A model generated the notes under the pieces. That model saw nothing but the letters and a program-made list of their open reading frames with translations, was not told where the DNA came from and searched no databases. A DNA stretch of 62,643 nt, the filler included, from Globobulimina sp. (taxonomy: Eukaryota), in the NCBI GenBank assembly GCA_003354225.1. It is 17 parts of 17 records of this genome, joined end to end, with 100 filler letters (N's around TTAATTAATTAA, not from the genome) between each part and the next. Parts side by side here need not be neighbours in the genome. Positions count along the whole stretch, not along the records: positions 22,164 to 25,755 come from PIVH01002446.1; positions 25,856 to 29,445 come from PIVH01002448.1; positions 29,546 to 33,135 come from PIVH01002449.1; positions 33,236 to 36,825 come from PIVH01002450.1; 13 more parts are not named here. One strand, given 5' to 3'. Below, one piece after another: positions 24,251 to 35,227 of the stretch. Numbering within the stretch: the first letter of the stretch is position 1; the number at the start of each line of letters is the position of its first letter. The position numbers were made by a program, and so were the translations under genes.

Positions 24251-25755
24251 TTAGTCAACATAATTATCCCGATTTAATTCAATATCATAAGAATGTACAT
24301 CTTGTATCGAGATGGGAGTAGCCGGGCAAAGTGGTACAGGACTTCCGGGCCTCGGAGAATCACCATTTGATTCTATAACAATATTTGCTGCAGTGGCAGT
24401 TACAGAGTATTTTCGAATTCTTTCAAATGCACCAAAACAACATAATGGTTTGATATTTAATTCCTTTCTTAATTTTTTCATATTTTTACGATACATAAAG
24501 CAAATAATGCTTAAACATATCAAATGTGAGGAAATATCAATAATTCTCCATTCCAATGTAACTTTATTTAATTGTTTCGATACGTAAAACACAGTCAATA
24601 TAAATTGAATACAAAAAAACAACACAATTATAATTGCAATAAATGATAATTTTCTCGCGACTTCAACCTTAACGCCAATATGTGAAAGGTTTGGTAATTG
24701 TTGTTTTGATGATGAGCGTGATCGTGATCGTGATCGTGATTGTTTTGATGGGGCATGCTCCTCTTCCATAGTTTTTGCAGTCTCATATATTATTTTCACC
24801 ATTTTATATCCATAATAGCTGAATAATAAAACACTAAAAAACATTAAAAAACACCAAATTATTTCACACAATAAATAAATAAATTGATTATTTAATCTCA
24901 ATGATAATATAATAACTTCTGCTATGAATAATAGAAAATAACAAATATTTGCCACAATTAACGCTCTTCGAATGTGTTTCGTTATATAATATGCATTCGG
25001 TTTCATTGAATTTGCCACTGTCGTCCATGAGAAAAATATCCACGAAAACATCATAAAATAAAATATTAATGGTATTAACATAAAAAAAGTTAACAATGAA
25101 ACATTTGAACCATTCCATTTAATTTTTGTCAAAAACAACATAAAACAAACAACCATATTAAACAATGCGATAATTAGAATAAAGACTAATACAAATAACT
25201 GAAAATGTTTTAAAAATATGTTTTTGTTTTTATGTTTACGTTTATATTTTAATACAAAGGGTAAGATTTGAATAAATACATAACAAAATAACATGAGAAA
25301 TAAAATAAAAAATACTAAATGCGCATTTCTCCACTTTTCATCATTAAATAAATCACATGAAATATTATTCGCATCGTGTATATCGTGGACAGTACCAAAT
25401 ATCGTCAGATGATTACATGAACAATGAATTGAACGACTGGATAAATCAATATATTGTGTACATCCCTCATAGCTCCACACATTATTTATTGGGTCAAACC
25501 ATGCGCATCGTAATTCATTTAAATCTATGTCTAACATTCCATTAAAATCAAATGTTAAACTAATATTTGATGGTAATGATGATACATTGAAATCTGAACC
25601 AACCATTTGTATTGACACTGCATCAGAATCTGATAATGTGCTATTTATAATTGTTAATGTTTTTTCTTGATCGCAAATATTTGATTTCGTGATTTTAATT
25701 TGTTTATTTGTAATATTGAGAGGCAATGTAATGATATCGATGCCACATAGCTTAT
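24251..25755 (-). CDS. GAIN/GPS-domain 7TM (adhesion-GPCR-like) protein, 5'-truncated
   Basis: GPS motif CAWFD...WSYEGC...CSCNHLTIF followed by about seven hydrophobic helices. Confidence 0.85.
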
Positions 25756-25856
25756 NNNNNNNNNNNNNNNNNNNNNNNNNNNNNNNNNNNNNNNNNNNNT
25801 TAATTAATTAANNNNNNNNNNNNNNNNNNNNNNNNNNNNNNNNNNNNNNNNNNNNT

Positions 25857-27395
25857 AATAAATTAATTATTTCTTATAATAATAATAATTTACAATTTAA
25901 AGCATTAAATAGTAATGGTGATTATGATCTAGTATATAAAACAAAAAATTTTCTATATCAAAGTTGGAATAATATAGCAATTAATTATTATAGTGGTAAC
26001 GTTGACATATTTATAAATAATGAATTAGTAGCCACTTTACCGGGTATTATACCATATATGATATTATCATCACCATTACAATATATGGCATGTTCATTAT
26101 CAAATTATGGTCCAATAACCTGTTACTCCTTAGGATTGAAACGTATTTTTCTAATAAATGATCCATTTTTAGCTAAACAAATCTATGCCAATCCATTAAC
26201 TTTAAGTAAACAATTAAGAGGTAAAACAGATGCGAACCCATTAGGTTTATTAAATGGAATTGTATGGAAAAACAGGCGCAAAATACTTTATTCCACAATC
26301 ATATCATCGTTAAAAACATCATTCATTGCAAATGGAACAAAAGATTTCTTTAAAAATATAATTTCTGATACAATAAACAAACATTGTGACAATTCAAAAG
26401 CATTACATTTAGGATATATTTTAAAACCATTAACTTTTAATATTATATTTTTTGCATGTTTTGGACAATATTTATCGTCATTAAATGATACGTTTTGGAT
26501 TTATTTTCAACATAAAACAAATAAACATACATCAAATACATTGATTCGCATATTAAAGTCTTCATTTTTTGGTGAAACAGGTTGGACTGATCATGAATGG
26601 AATGAATTATTGTCGTTTTTAAAAACATATGTTTCTGAAAATAATATGTTAAATAACAAAGATTCAATTTATTATAAATTAAAAATACGAAAAGAAGAGA
26701 ATAAAATGTGTGAATTGGATATAATTTCGGAGATTTTGGGTTTATTTATTGGAGCAACTGAAGCAACATCAACTACCATGCATTTTGCTATATTGTTATT
26801 ATGTAAATATCCACAAATACAAAATAGGATTTATAATGAATTAGAAACATTAAAATGTGAGAATGACATTGGTATAGATTTAAATGGTAAAAATTTAGTA
26901 AAAATGCCGTTATTTCGGAGTTTTATTCATGAAACAATGCGATTGTATCCAGTGACCATTGCAACTGCACCCCGTGCGATAAGGAAATCATTCGTGATTA
27001 ATAATGTTCAAACATTATGTGGCAAAATAAAATCATATAATATTGCAACAGATTGTTTATTGCAAATAAATACAATCGGCATTTCAAGAAATTGTAAATA
27101 TTGGACTGAGGATAAAAATATTAATATGGATGAATTACATTTAGAGTTTTGGTTAAATAATGAAGGTAAATTCGTATTAAATAAAGATGGATTTACATTA
27201 TTTAGCGTTGGTAAACGTGATTGTATTGGAAGAGGATTAGCAATAAAACAAATGTATATTGTTATGTCTTGTTTAATTTTGCAGTATAAATTTTATGTAA
27301 CTCATCCAACTTCATTTAAAATTAAAGGGAAAGTAGTGAGAGGACCATTAATTCCAATACAATCGATGCCTGTGTTTGTTGCCAAAAGAAAGTAA
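25857..27395 (+). CDS. Cytochrome P450, preceded in frame by a LamG/ConA-like segment at the contig start
   Basis: WKNRR, GATEAT (I-helix), ETMR (ExxR), FSVGKRDCIG heme motif; frame open from 25857. Confidence 0.9.
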   Translation, partial: NKLIISYNNNNLQFKALNSNGDYDLVYKTKNFLYQSWNNIAINYYSGNVDIFINNELVATLPGIIPYMILSSPLQYMACSLSNYGPITCYSLGLKRIFLINDPFLAKQIYANPLTLSKQLRGKTDANPLGLLNGIVWKNRRKILYSTIISSLKTSFIANGTKDFFKNIISDTINKHCDNSKALHLGYILKPLTFNIIFFACFGQYLSSLNDTFWIYFQHKTNKHTSNTLIRILKSSFFGETGWTDHEWNELLSFLKTYVSENNMLNNKDSIYYKLKIRKEENKMCELDIISEILGLFIGATEATSTTMHFAILLLCKYPQIQNRIYNELETLKCENDIGIDLNGKNLVKMPLFRSFIHETMRLYPVTIATAPRAIRKSFVINNVQTLCGKIKSYNIATDCLLQINTIGISRNCKYWTEDKNINMDELHLEFWLNNEGKFVLNKDGFTLFSVGKRDCIGRGLAIKQMYIVMSCLILQYKFYVTHPTSFKIKGKVVRGPLIPIQSMPVFVAKRK

Positions 27396-27590
27396 CTCAT
27401 TACAGAATTAATATATAGTATGTTGTTGCTTGTTTATTACCGTATGTGTTAATTATTTATTTTAATTATTTAGTTTTAACTATTAATATCAAACAGCTTA
27501 GTTGAAAACCACTAGAAACATCACAATCATTCACTTCCTCCCTTCCTCCGTCTAGTAATTTTATTTGCTTCCTCAATAATCATACCAACT

Positions 27591-28982
27591 ATGTCTGTGA
27601 ATGTTATTGATGACAGTATCCCATCAGAGACAGCAGTAAGAAATATAAAAGATATTATATCTTCTGCCCCAAAATGTGGTGACGAAAAAGATACAGAATC
27701 ACAAGATCAAGATCAAGATATGGATGAACAAGAAATGAATAAAGACCAAGTAGTCGATGATGATTCTGTTGATGATGATGAACAATTAGGTTTTAGCCAA
27801 GATTTTATGCGCGAGATAATATTAAAAAAAGTAAGAGATGATTTCCCCGCAAAATTTGGTCGTGCGCCAACCGAGGAAGAGTTAGAGAGCTATGTTTCTG
27901 GAATGCAGACTATGATCCAACAGGTAGAGGATGAAGAGGATGCAGACTATGATCCAAAGGAAGATGAACAACAAAAAGTTGCCGATGAAAAAGAGGATTT
28001 GGCGGATGAGAATGACTTAGAACAGGAATTAGCAGATGAGGCAGACGAAGAGGATGCAGATTATGATCCAAAGGAAGATGAACAACAAAAGGTGGCGGAT
28101 GAAGAGGAGGATTTTATCGATGAGGATGAGTTAGAACAGGAATTAGAAGCTATTGATGAACCATTAGATGTGGATGAAGTGGACGAGAAAGAATTAGTTA
28201 ACTCTCAAGAGTTTGAGATGGAATTACGTGCCGCCATTGAGAATGTACAGCATATTGCCAAGCTCGATAAAGAGAAAATATTATTAATGGCCAGACAGGA
28301 ATATATCGACGATACCGGCGAGGAACCCACCCAACAAATGGTCGCTGCTGCATTTAAAATGTTTGCTATTGAAGAAGATGAGAATGAGATTGAGGACGAG
28401 AATGAGAATGAGAATGAAGAGAAGAATGCTGATATTGAAGCAGCGGAAGATGCCGAGCTGACTGCCGAAGCAGCGGAAGATGCGGAGTTATTTGAGAAGG
28501 AATTTGGCGAAGCCTTAGAGAATGTGCGTGAATTAGGGCAAGCCCATCAGAAGAATTTGGTTGATAAAATATGTCAAACCTTTGGTGAATTACATGGTAA
28601 ACAACCAACACCGGAAGAAATGTGTGGAATATTTGCGCGAATACAAAGTAAATTGGCTGAAGAAGCAATGGAAGATTTTATTGAAAAGAATAATGCCTCC
28701 GATGATGTCGAAAATGATCCGGATTACGAAGCAAATGAGGAAGAGTTGAAACAAGTGGAAGAAGATAAAAAAATTGAGGTTTTGGAAGACATTGTAACCC
28801 AAACGGAAGAGAATGAGGAGGTAAATATTGTTGGTGATGATGAAGAGGATGAAGAATATTTACCAGAAAAAGATACGGAGGATTATTCCAAGGATATTGA
28901 TGATGAGATTGAATTTGAAAATGAAAATGCTATAAAAGGATCTGATGAAAATGAAGATACCTCAAATTTTATTATCGATTGA
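27591..28982 (+). CDS. Highly acidic repetitive protein
   Basis: 463 aa, D/E-rich; repeated DEEDADYDP and three GxxPT motifs. Confidence 0.8.
   Translation: MSVNVIDDSIPSETAVRNIKDIISSAPKCGDEKDTESQDQDQDMDEQEMNKDQVVDDDSVDDDEQLGFSQDFMREIILKKVRDDFPAKFGRAPTEEELESYVSGMQTMIQQVEDEEDADYDPKEDEQQKVADEKEDLADENDLEQELADEADEEDADYDPKEDEQQKVADEEEDFIDEDELEQELEAIDEPLDVDEVDEKELVNSQEFEMELRAAIENVQHIAKLDKEKILLMARQEYIDDTGEEPTQQMVAAAFKMFAIEEDENEIEDENENENEEKNADIEAAEDAELTAEAAEDAELFEKEFGEALENVRELGQAHQKNLVDKICQTFGELHGKQPTPEEMCGIFARIQSKLAEEAMEDFIEKNNASDDVENDPDYEANEEELKQVEEDKKIEVLEDIVTQTEENEEVNIVGDDEEDEEYLPEKDTEDYSKDIDDEIEFENENAIKGSDENEDTSNFIID
27933..28147 (+). repeat. Coding tandem duplication, period 114 nt (38 aa)
   Basis: GAAGAGGATGCAGAyTATGATCCAAAGGAAGATGAACAACAAAA begins at 27933 and 28047; both copies end TTAGAACAGGAATTAG. 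Confidence 0.9.
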
Positions 28983-29545
28983 AACGGCTGTCATATTGTC
29001 CGAGAATTTGTTTTGACCTCAATTTATTGATTTCTTTTTTTTTTTTTATAATTATAAAATTTCAATTTATTTAATATGAAGAAAATTAATATTGATTTTA
29101 CAAAATATATTTGCGAAAACTCAGCAAAAAGTATGATATTTAAAATTTTCATAACCAATTCAATTATTATGTGTTTGCATGTATTAATTTCCAGTTATTT
29201 GATGCCTTTCTAAACCAATTGGAATCATTATCATTCACAAACAATAATTTTCTGTAATTTTCATTGACGTTGAATGACAATATAATTTTGCCATTATCAA
29301 TCCAGTTAATATCTGCAATAATTGGTGACTAAATTTGTGTGTGCAATTTAAATTCATTTTCATTTTGTAATTATTCTCTTTTTTAGCACAGCAAAACCTT
29401 TCTTTTGAGGTAATGCACGTGGAAGCAAAACCTGTTCTGGTGACTNNNNNNNNNNNNNNNNNNNNNNNNNNNNNNNNNNNNNNNNNNNNTTAATTAATTA
29501 ANNNNNNNNNNNNNNNNNNNNNNNNNNNNNNNNNNNNNNNNNNNN

Positions 29546-32500
29546 CTCCATGTTTTCGGGGCGATACACTGAAAGCAGTTGATGAATTCGTCTTTCTTGA
29601 GTTCATTGGCTAGCTGTCCCAAAGCTTCTCCTCTCACTGGTTCTGGTGCTCCAGGGATACGCATGTAGACCAAACTGTCTGAAAATAACATCGTTACCTA
29701 TATTTTTTCCTCATCAGATAGCTTACCCGTATCGCAGTAGAGGGCTCTGTCTCCGACGACTTCCAAACACTTTTCCAACAAAGTAATTCTAGCTAGAGCT
29801 GTGACCATTGCCCCTAGCACTGGATTGTACATGCTTGTTTCAGTGATAAACTCTTGCTTCTTTTGGTAGCTGAGCACGAGGGTGCGATCGGCGATTTGCT
29901 CCACTCTGTTTATTACAATCTCCTTGTCATCCATCTTGCGTTTCAAATCTAGCCAGGAATTCGCGAAGCATGTGAAGGTCTTGGCTGACCGTTCGCAGAA
30001 CTTTCCTGCAAATGAAATGTATAGGAGTGAACAAGCTTTTTGTTACCATTACCCCACAGGGAATTCATAAGAATCTTAGCCGATTGTCTCATCGCCGGAG
30101 AAGGACTGAGATCTTCTGCCTTCAAATCCAAACCCTCCACGCGCTCATTCCATTGTTTACAAAATTCTTGAGGCGTCATATGAGATGGCACTTCGCTGTG
30201 CTGAGTCTTCATCTTGATCATCCTGGATACATATTCGGCCATGATTTTTGCCTTCTCTGGTCCATAGTCCCAAAGCTAAGAAATTACACTTTAGCTAATG
30301 TATCGCACGGGGTTTAACTTACTTCAAATATATGGGTAACTACATAACCTCTCTGTATGGCTTTGAGCAACTCGTAGAATGTGTATACTCCTTCCAGGGC
30401 ACGTTCGTCACCATCGTGGTCGCATCCCTGCAAACAGTGGACTCATTGGTGGGCTTTCAGTTACAGTTTAGCACTTACCATGTCATTGTCTTCTTTGGCG
30501 CAGGTACGACAGAGGGGAAACACTGTCTTGTCTCTGGTTCTGTATGGTAGCACTGCATAGGGCAGTCGGTATGGTGGCAACACTGTGCAGTAACAAAGTC
30601 CATAGTTGTTGTCCAACAATTCCTCGAGTTCCTTCTCATTATCCACCAATTGTTTGAGTCTGGCAATTTCCACAATCACCGTTGGATGGGGGTTGGTAGT
30701 ATACGAAAAAGCCCATTGCACATAGGGATACAGTGAGCAGAAATCCACATATTCGATGGTATAGCCGCGCATGATTTGTTCGTCTGTCAGAACCATTCTA
30801 GGTTTGAATGATTCAACTCGCCCACCAAATACCTAAAGTTTGGAGCACGTTGTATTGCCAACAGATAAATATATATGCTTACGGCTTTGCTCGGATCGAG
30901 CGGTTGTTTGTATTTCTTCAACATCTCACCATCCTTCATGAATGAGCTCAGCAAAGGGTTGGCACTCATTTCCTTGATAATTTCGCAGGTCCATATGGCA
31001 TGGACAGTCCTACCAGTCTCCTCAATTTGTTGCAACCTTGCGATTGTTTGAATGTTGACATCTTCGAAGGTCAGTGGTTTCCTCGTGGGATGTATCGATT
31101 TTCTTGATTGCCATAGACAGTCAGATGGTGTCGAAGTATGCGCATGCCAATAGCAGCCCCTGTATACAGTACTCAATCTATATTAGGTAATGTGGTCAAT
31201 ATCAACTTACAAAATCTCATAGACATCTCCACTTTGTTGACAATATCCATCCACATGAAATGGCCCAATCGTAATTTCTCCAACCGAGTTGTTGGCACAG
31301 ATGAGTGGCTGTTCTCCATTGCTTGTTCGTTGATGATTCAAGAAATCGAGATAAGCCGATCCTTGCCATGATTGTCCAGTTCTTCTTGGATTTCGGTAAC
31401 CTGAACAGCTTTGTAGACATTTTATGCAATTACATTAACTGAATAGAACTTACCTCCGTATGGTACAATTCCTATTCTGTGATGCATGAACAAACTCTTG
31501 TAGATCGATGCAGAAAATGATGCGAGAGTAAAATTTCGGCCAAGTAATGGGTCGACTTCTCCATCGGTCAGTTTGAGACAGCTATTGCGAAACACCTTCC
31601 AAGCTGCTTCCAATATTTTGACATCCATTCTGAAAACTATAATTAACAACAGTTCTACATATTGGCAAACTTACCGGCAGTATTTGAGTGCTTCGTCCTT
31701 CAAGACAAATACATAGTTTTGATCATTCTCCAGGGGTGTGTACCACTTCCAGAATTCTTCGGCCTTTTCATCAACCATTCTCTCAATTGCATAGTCATGG
31801 GCTGGGGGTATTTTACCGCTGTAGTTCAAAGGTTTGCGATCGACCAGTTTGTATGGAAAGAATCCCTTCTCAACTCCTTTGAGCCCCAGCATGGCAGGCA
31901 GCTTGTCCAGCGCTGCTTTCATAAACTGCAGGGAGTCTTTCAGTTGAATTTTCTTCCATGAAAATGATAGCAGATCATTGGCTTTGAAATGCAGGGTAGG
32001 TTTAGCTCCAACAGCCGCCATATAGGAATAAATAAAGTAGCCGTCGAAAGATGAGCTGAAACATAGCTGTTTGAACTTGAATTAAGTCATTATAATCATA
32101 CCTGTTATGAGCTGTCAGTATAGTCCGATACTTTTCGAATCTTTTGTTGGTTGTTAGCCAGTCGCAGAAATCGTTTGCACAGTCCCATCCGTAGTAGTCT
32201 CTGTATCTGGGTCCACATTGGGTACAGTTGTCAGTTTCCACATCGATACACAGCTCGCAGTTGATGGCACAACAGATCAGGTATGGCACAAGATGTCCTT
32301 CCTCGTCCACACCAGTTTCGGTATCAAAGTAAACAACTAAAATGTAAAAGTTATTATCTACACTCTAAGACATTTTCGCTTACCATTAAAATGGTCTGAT
32401 CCACCTAATCTGGTCCTCTCAGATGGTTCCTGCACTTCGCACAGATGCAACGCTGGATCAACCTGAAATAATTATGATAATCGTTGTCCAATCAATTGAT

Positions 32501-33135
32501 TTTAAGCACTTACTTCTTCGAAACAATGCTGACATTTGGGTTTCTTCTCACATTTATGATTCTTGTCCTCGGTGTATCTGACAGAAAGACATGTTTGACA
32601 TCTGAGACGCTTGGTAAGGCACACCCGTTGGGTCTCATTGCCATGGGTCAAGTAGCATCTGACATGTTTGAATGTCAAATTGCACATCTCACATATGATT
32701 ATGGTGTCAGGGGTTTCCATGGCTTCGCAGTTGACTCTTTCGCATTGTGGGCAAACGTCTTGGCAGAGATGTCTCTTTCTGGCATCGTAAATGGTAACAC
32801 ATCTTGGACAGTACCTTCTCTCACCTCCAATGAATGCAGCCAAATTCCATATCAGGTAGTAGTGCTTGTTTAACAACAACAAAAACATTTGATCGTCTTC
32901 TTGTCTTTCGGGTTCTCCGGTGAATACTTGTTCCGAGGAGTCATTCAGCACAATGATCTGTTTCCCATGACGCTCATTGAACATGGTTTGGAACTTCTTG
33001 AGCTGGTCTGGACCACATTCCTCCTCCGAATCGACTCCTGCGCCGGCATACAGTTGGGTGGTGAGAATGTTGAGTGCTGGGCTCTTCTGGGGATTCTTGT
33101 AGAATTGAGCCTGTTTGAAATCCTTGTCTCCTTGG
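29546..33135 (-). CDS. Protein-primed family B DNA polymerase (Polinton/Maverick pPolB type) with inserted Vsr-like nuclease domain; 11 introns; truncated at both ends
   Basis: Spliced motifs: ExoI YFDTET, ExoII HNSSSFDGYF, DSLQFM, KGFFPY, ExoIII YCRMDV, FGGRVE, motif A YVDFCSLYP, motif B KILMNSLWGKF, motif C YCDTDS, APKTW. Confidence 0.92.
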
Positions 33136-33328
33136 NNNNNNNNNNNNNNNNNNNNNNNNNNNNNNNNNNNNNNNNNNNNTTAATTAATTAANNNNNNNNN
33201 NNNNNNNNNNNNNNNNNNNNNNNNNNNNNNNNNNNGAAAGGATAAAATGTTTCGGCAAAAAAGTGGTATTTATTATATACTGTTAATATGTATGACGACA
33301 ATTACATTGGTTATATATATAATTCAGT

Positions 33329-33877
33329 CTAAGCATGGCAAGCAGAACAGGCAGCAGCTGGCTCACCGGCATGTAATCTTCGTCGCTGATTTCCAAATTC
33401 TTTCAATAATGGAATAGTAAAATTACCATTGAAATTCTCAAATAATCGATCCTTTCCCTCCTCCGTTGTATGATGTACGTACCACATCACAATCTCTGAG
33501 CATTTTAAATGTTTATCCTCGGAATCCGTCAATGATGAATACTCATCCTCTAAATCACCAAAACTGTCATATTGATACATTCGATTGTCATTGACCTCGG
33601 AATATATCTCATTTAATGTTGGAATACGAGCATCAAATAATACTTTTTCAATGTCATACAATTCATCAAATCTAAAGTCTTCACATTCTGCAGTCTATAA
33701 ATTCGTTTTCTTTTTTAAAATATCATTTAAAACCACCGTATAATCCACAGTTGAATTTCCACAAAAATGTGATCCCGGCATCATTCTCATTGCTCTGTCA
33801 TAATCAGCATCCGATGCATATACAACGTAAACCTGTGAAACAAAAACAAGTCCAAAAAGTGCTTGCAATGAAATCAT
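33329..33877 (-). CDS. Small secreted protein; intron 33695-33736
   Basis: Signal-like MISLQALFGLVFVSQVYVVYA; a 42-nt GT-AG intron joins VDYT|TAECEDF to the 33329-33661 ORF. Confidence 0.6.
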
Positions 33878-33933
33878 TGTTCTTAGTAACTAGTAAGCGC
33901 AAAGTGAAAAAGTAAGTTATCACAAAAAAATGT

Positions 33934-35178
33934 TCAAAAATAACAAAAGCTTGGAAAGTATAATAAAACTAACTCCTTTAAATAAAATGGAAAATTATAA
34001 CTTGTTTCAATCGCTCGAATCAATCCATAAACTAAACTCCGATGCATATTATCTTTGTACAATTTACGCAATTTCTTTGGTAATAAATCATTCCAATGGA
34101 TCTTAAAAAAAAATCGTTTATCATATTCAGCATATTTGATATAATATACATAATTATCTTTACCATCCATAATATGTGTATTGATTGAAACGATTGGAAT
34201 TTGAGCATCACTGCAAAACCATTTATTTGACAACAAATCAAAAAATAATATTTTTTCCCCAGGAATAATCATTGCAATTAATGATTGATAAACATTTAAA
34301 ATCGTATAACGTTTGCCAATAAATTTCGGCATTTTAATATCTTTACATTTGACAAATTTAGCTCGATGATTTTTATTTGTTTTTGTATAAAATTCATAAA
34401 TTTCTTGACCAAACAATAAAATTCGTTTTTGATGCGGTATGAAAAGAATATTTCCTTTAATTAATGGAAGAATTGTTTGTAACAAAACAATTTGCTGTTT
34501 ATCAATATTCAAATACAAATGATAACATTTTGCATCAGAGATAAAAGCAAAAATATGTAACACATCTTTATGTTGATAATTATTCGAATAACAATAACAA
34601 TCATCGCCCGGATCATGATTAATAACAATGGATAAAAGATTTTTGGAATAAAAAAAATGATTTGATATTTTTTTGCTTTGCAATGCATTATTTTGTAAAT
34701 CTAAAATATCGAACGAACTCTTTCCATTCGTAATATATAATAATTCATTTCTTGCATCATATGCTATTGTTTTTGATTGATTTTCATATGCAATTATTTG
34801 AACATATTTGTCATTGCTTATATCATATTTAAATATGCCGTCTTCGCCACATATTATAAAGTTTCTTTTATGTAATATTGGTTTTTTGCATGTATTCAAA
34901 TTATAAAAATACTGTTGTGTATATTCTGGGGGCGTTTGTAATTGAACTATGGGTAATGAATAAGTGTGTAGTTTTGCAATTAATTTGCTTTGTTTATCAA
35001 ACCATATATTCCATTTACTGTTCCAGGTATAAAACTGAATTTTGATTTGATATTGTTTTAATTCTATTACTTTAGCAATCATCCATGCTTTGTCTTTCTC
35101 ACTGTACACATCTATATCATCTCCAATGTTAAATGAGTGTAGTTTGGAGCATTTAGGTTGCTTTAGTTTGTGTGCCAT
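33934..35178 (-). CDS. Tudor/Agenet-like N-terminal domain plus degenerate Kelch-like beta-propeller
   Basis: FNIGDDIDVYSEKDKAWMIAKV...FYTWNSKWNIW; propeller-like FKYDISND and FDLLSNKW; C-terminal LVYGLIR...FPFYLKELVLLYF. Confidence 0.65.
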   Translation of the reverse strand: MAHKLKQPKCSKLHSFNIGDDIDVYSEKDKAWMIAKVIELKQYQIKIQFYTWNSKWNIWFDKQSKLIAKLHTYSLPIVQLQTPPEYTQQYFYNLNTCKKPILHKRNFIICGEDGIFKYDISNDKYVQIIAYENQSKTIAYDARNELLYITNGKSSFDILDLQNNALQSKKISNHFFYSKNLLSIVINHDPGDDCYCYSNNYQHKDVLHIFAFISDAKCYHLYLNIDKQQIVLLQTILPLIKGNILFIPHQKRILLFGQEIYEFYTKTNKNHRAKFVKCKDIKMPKFIGKRYTILNVYQSLIAMIIPGEKILFFDLLSNKWFCSDAQIPIVSINTHIMDGKDNYVYYIKYAEYDKRFFFKIHWNDLLPKKLRKLYKDNMHRSLVYGLIRAIETSYNFPFYLKELVLLYFPSFCYF

Positions 35179-35227
35179 GGCATGTAGTAAAGTAAAAGAT
35201 GGTTTTTAGGTCAGCTAAAATGTAAAT

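Noticed and set aside
29546-33135. pPolB as a frameshifted pseudogene or a product of an alternative genetic code
   Set aside because: Every break is explained by a canonical GT-AG intron with the correct phase
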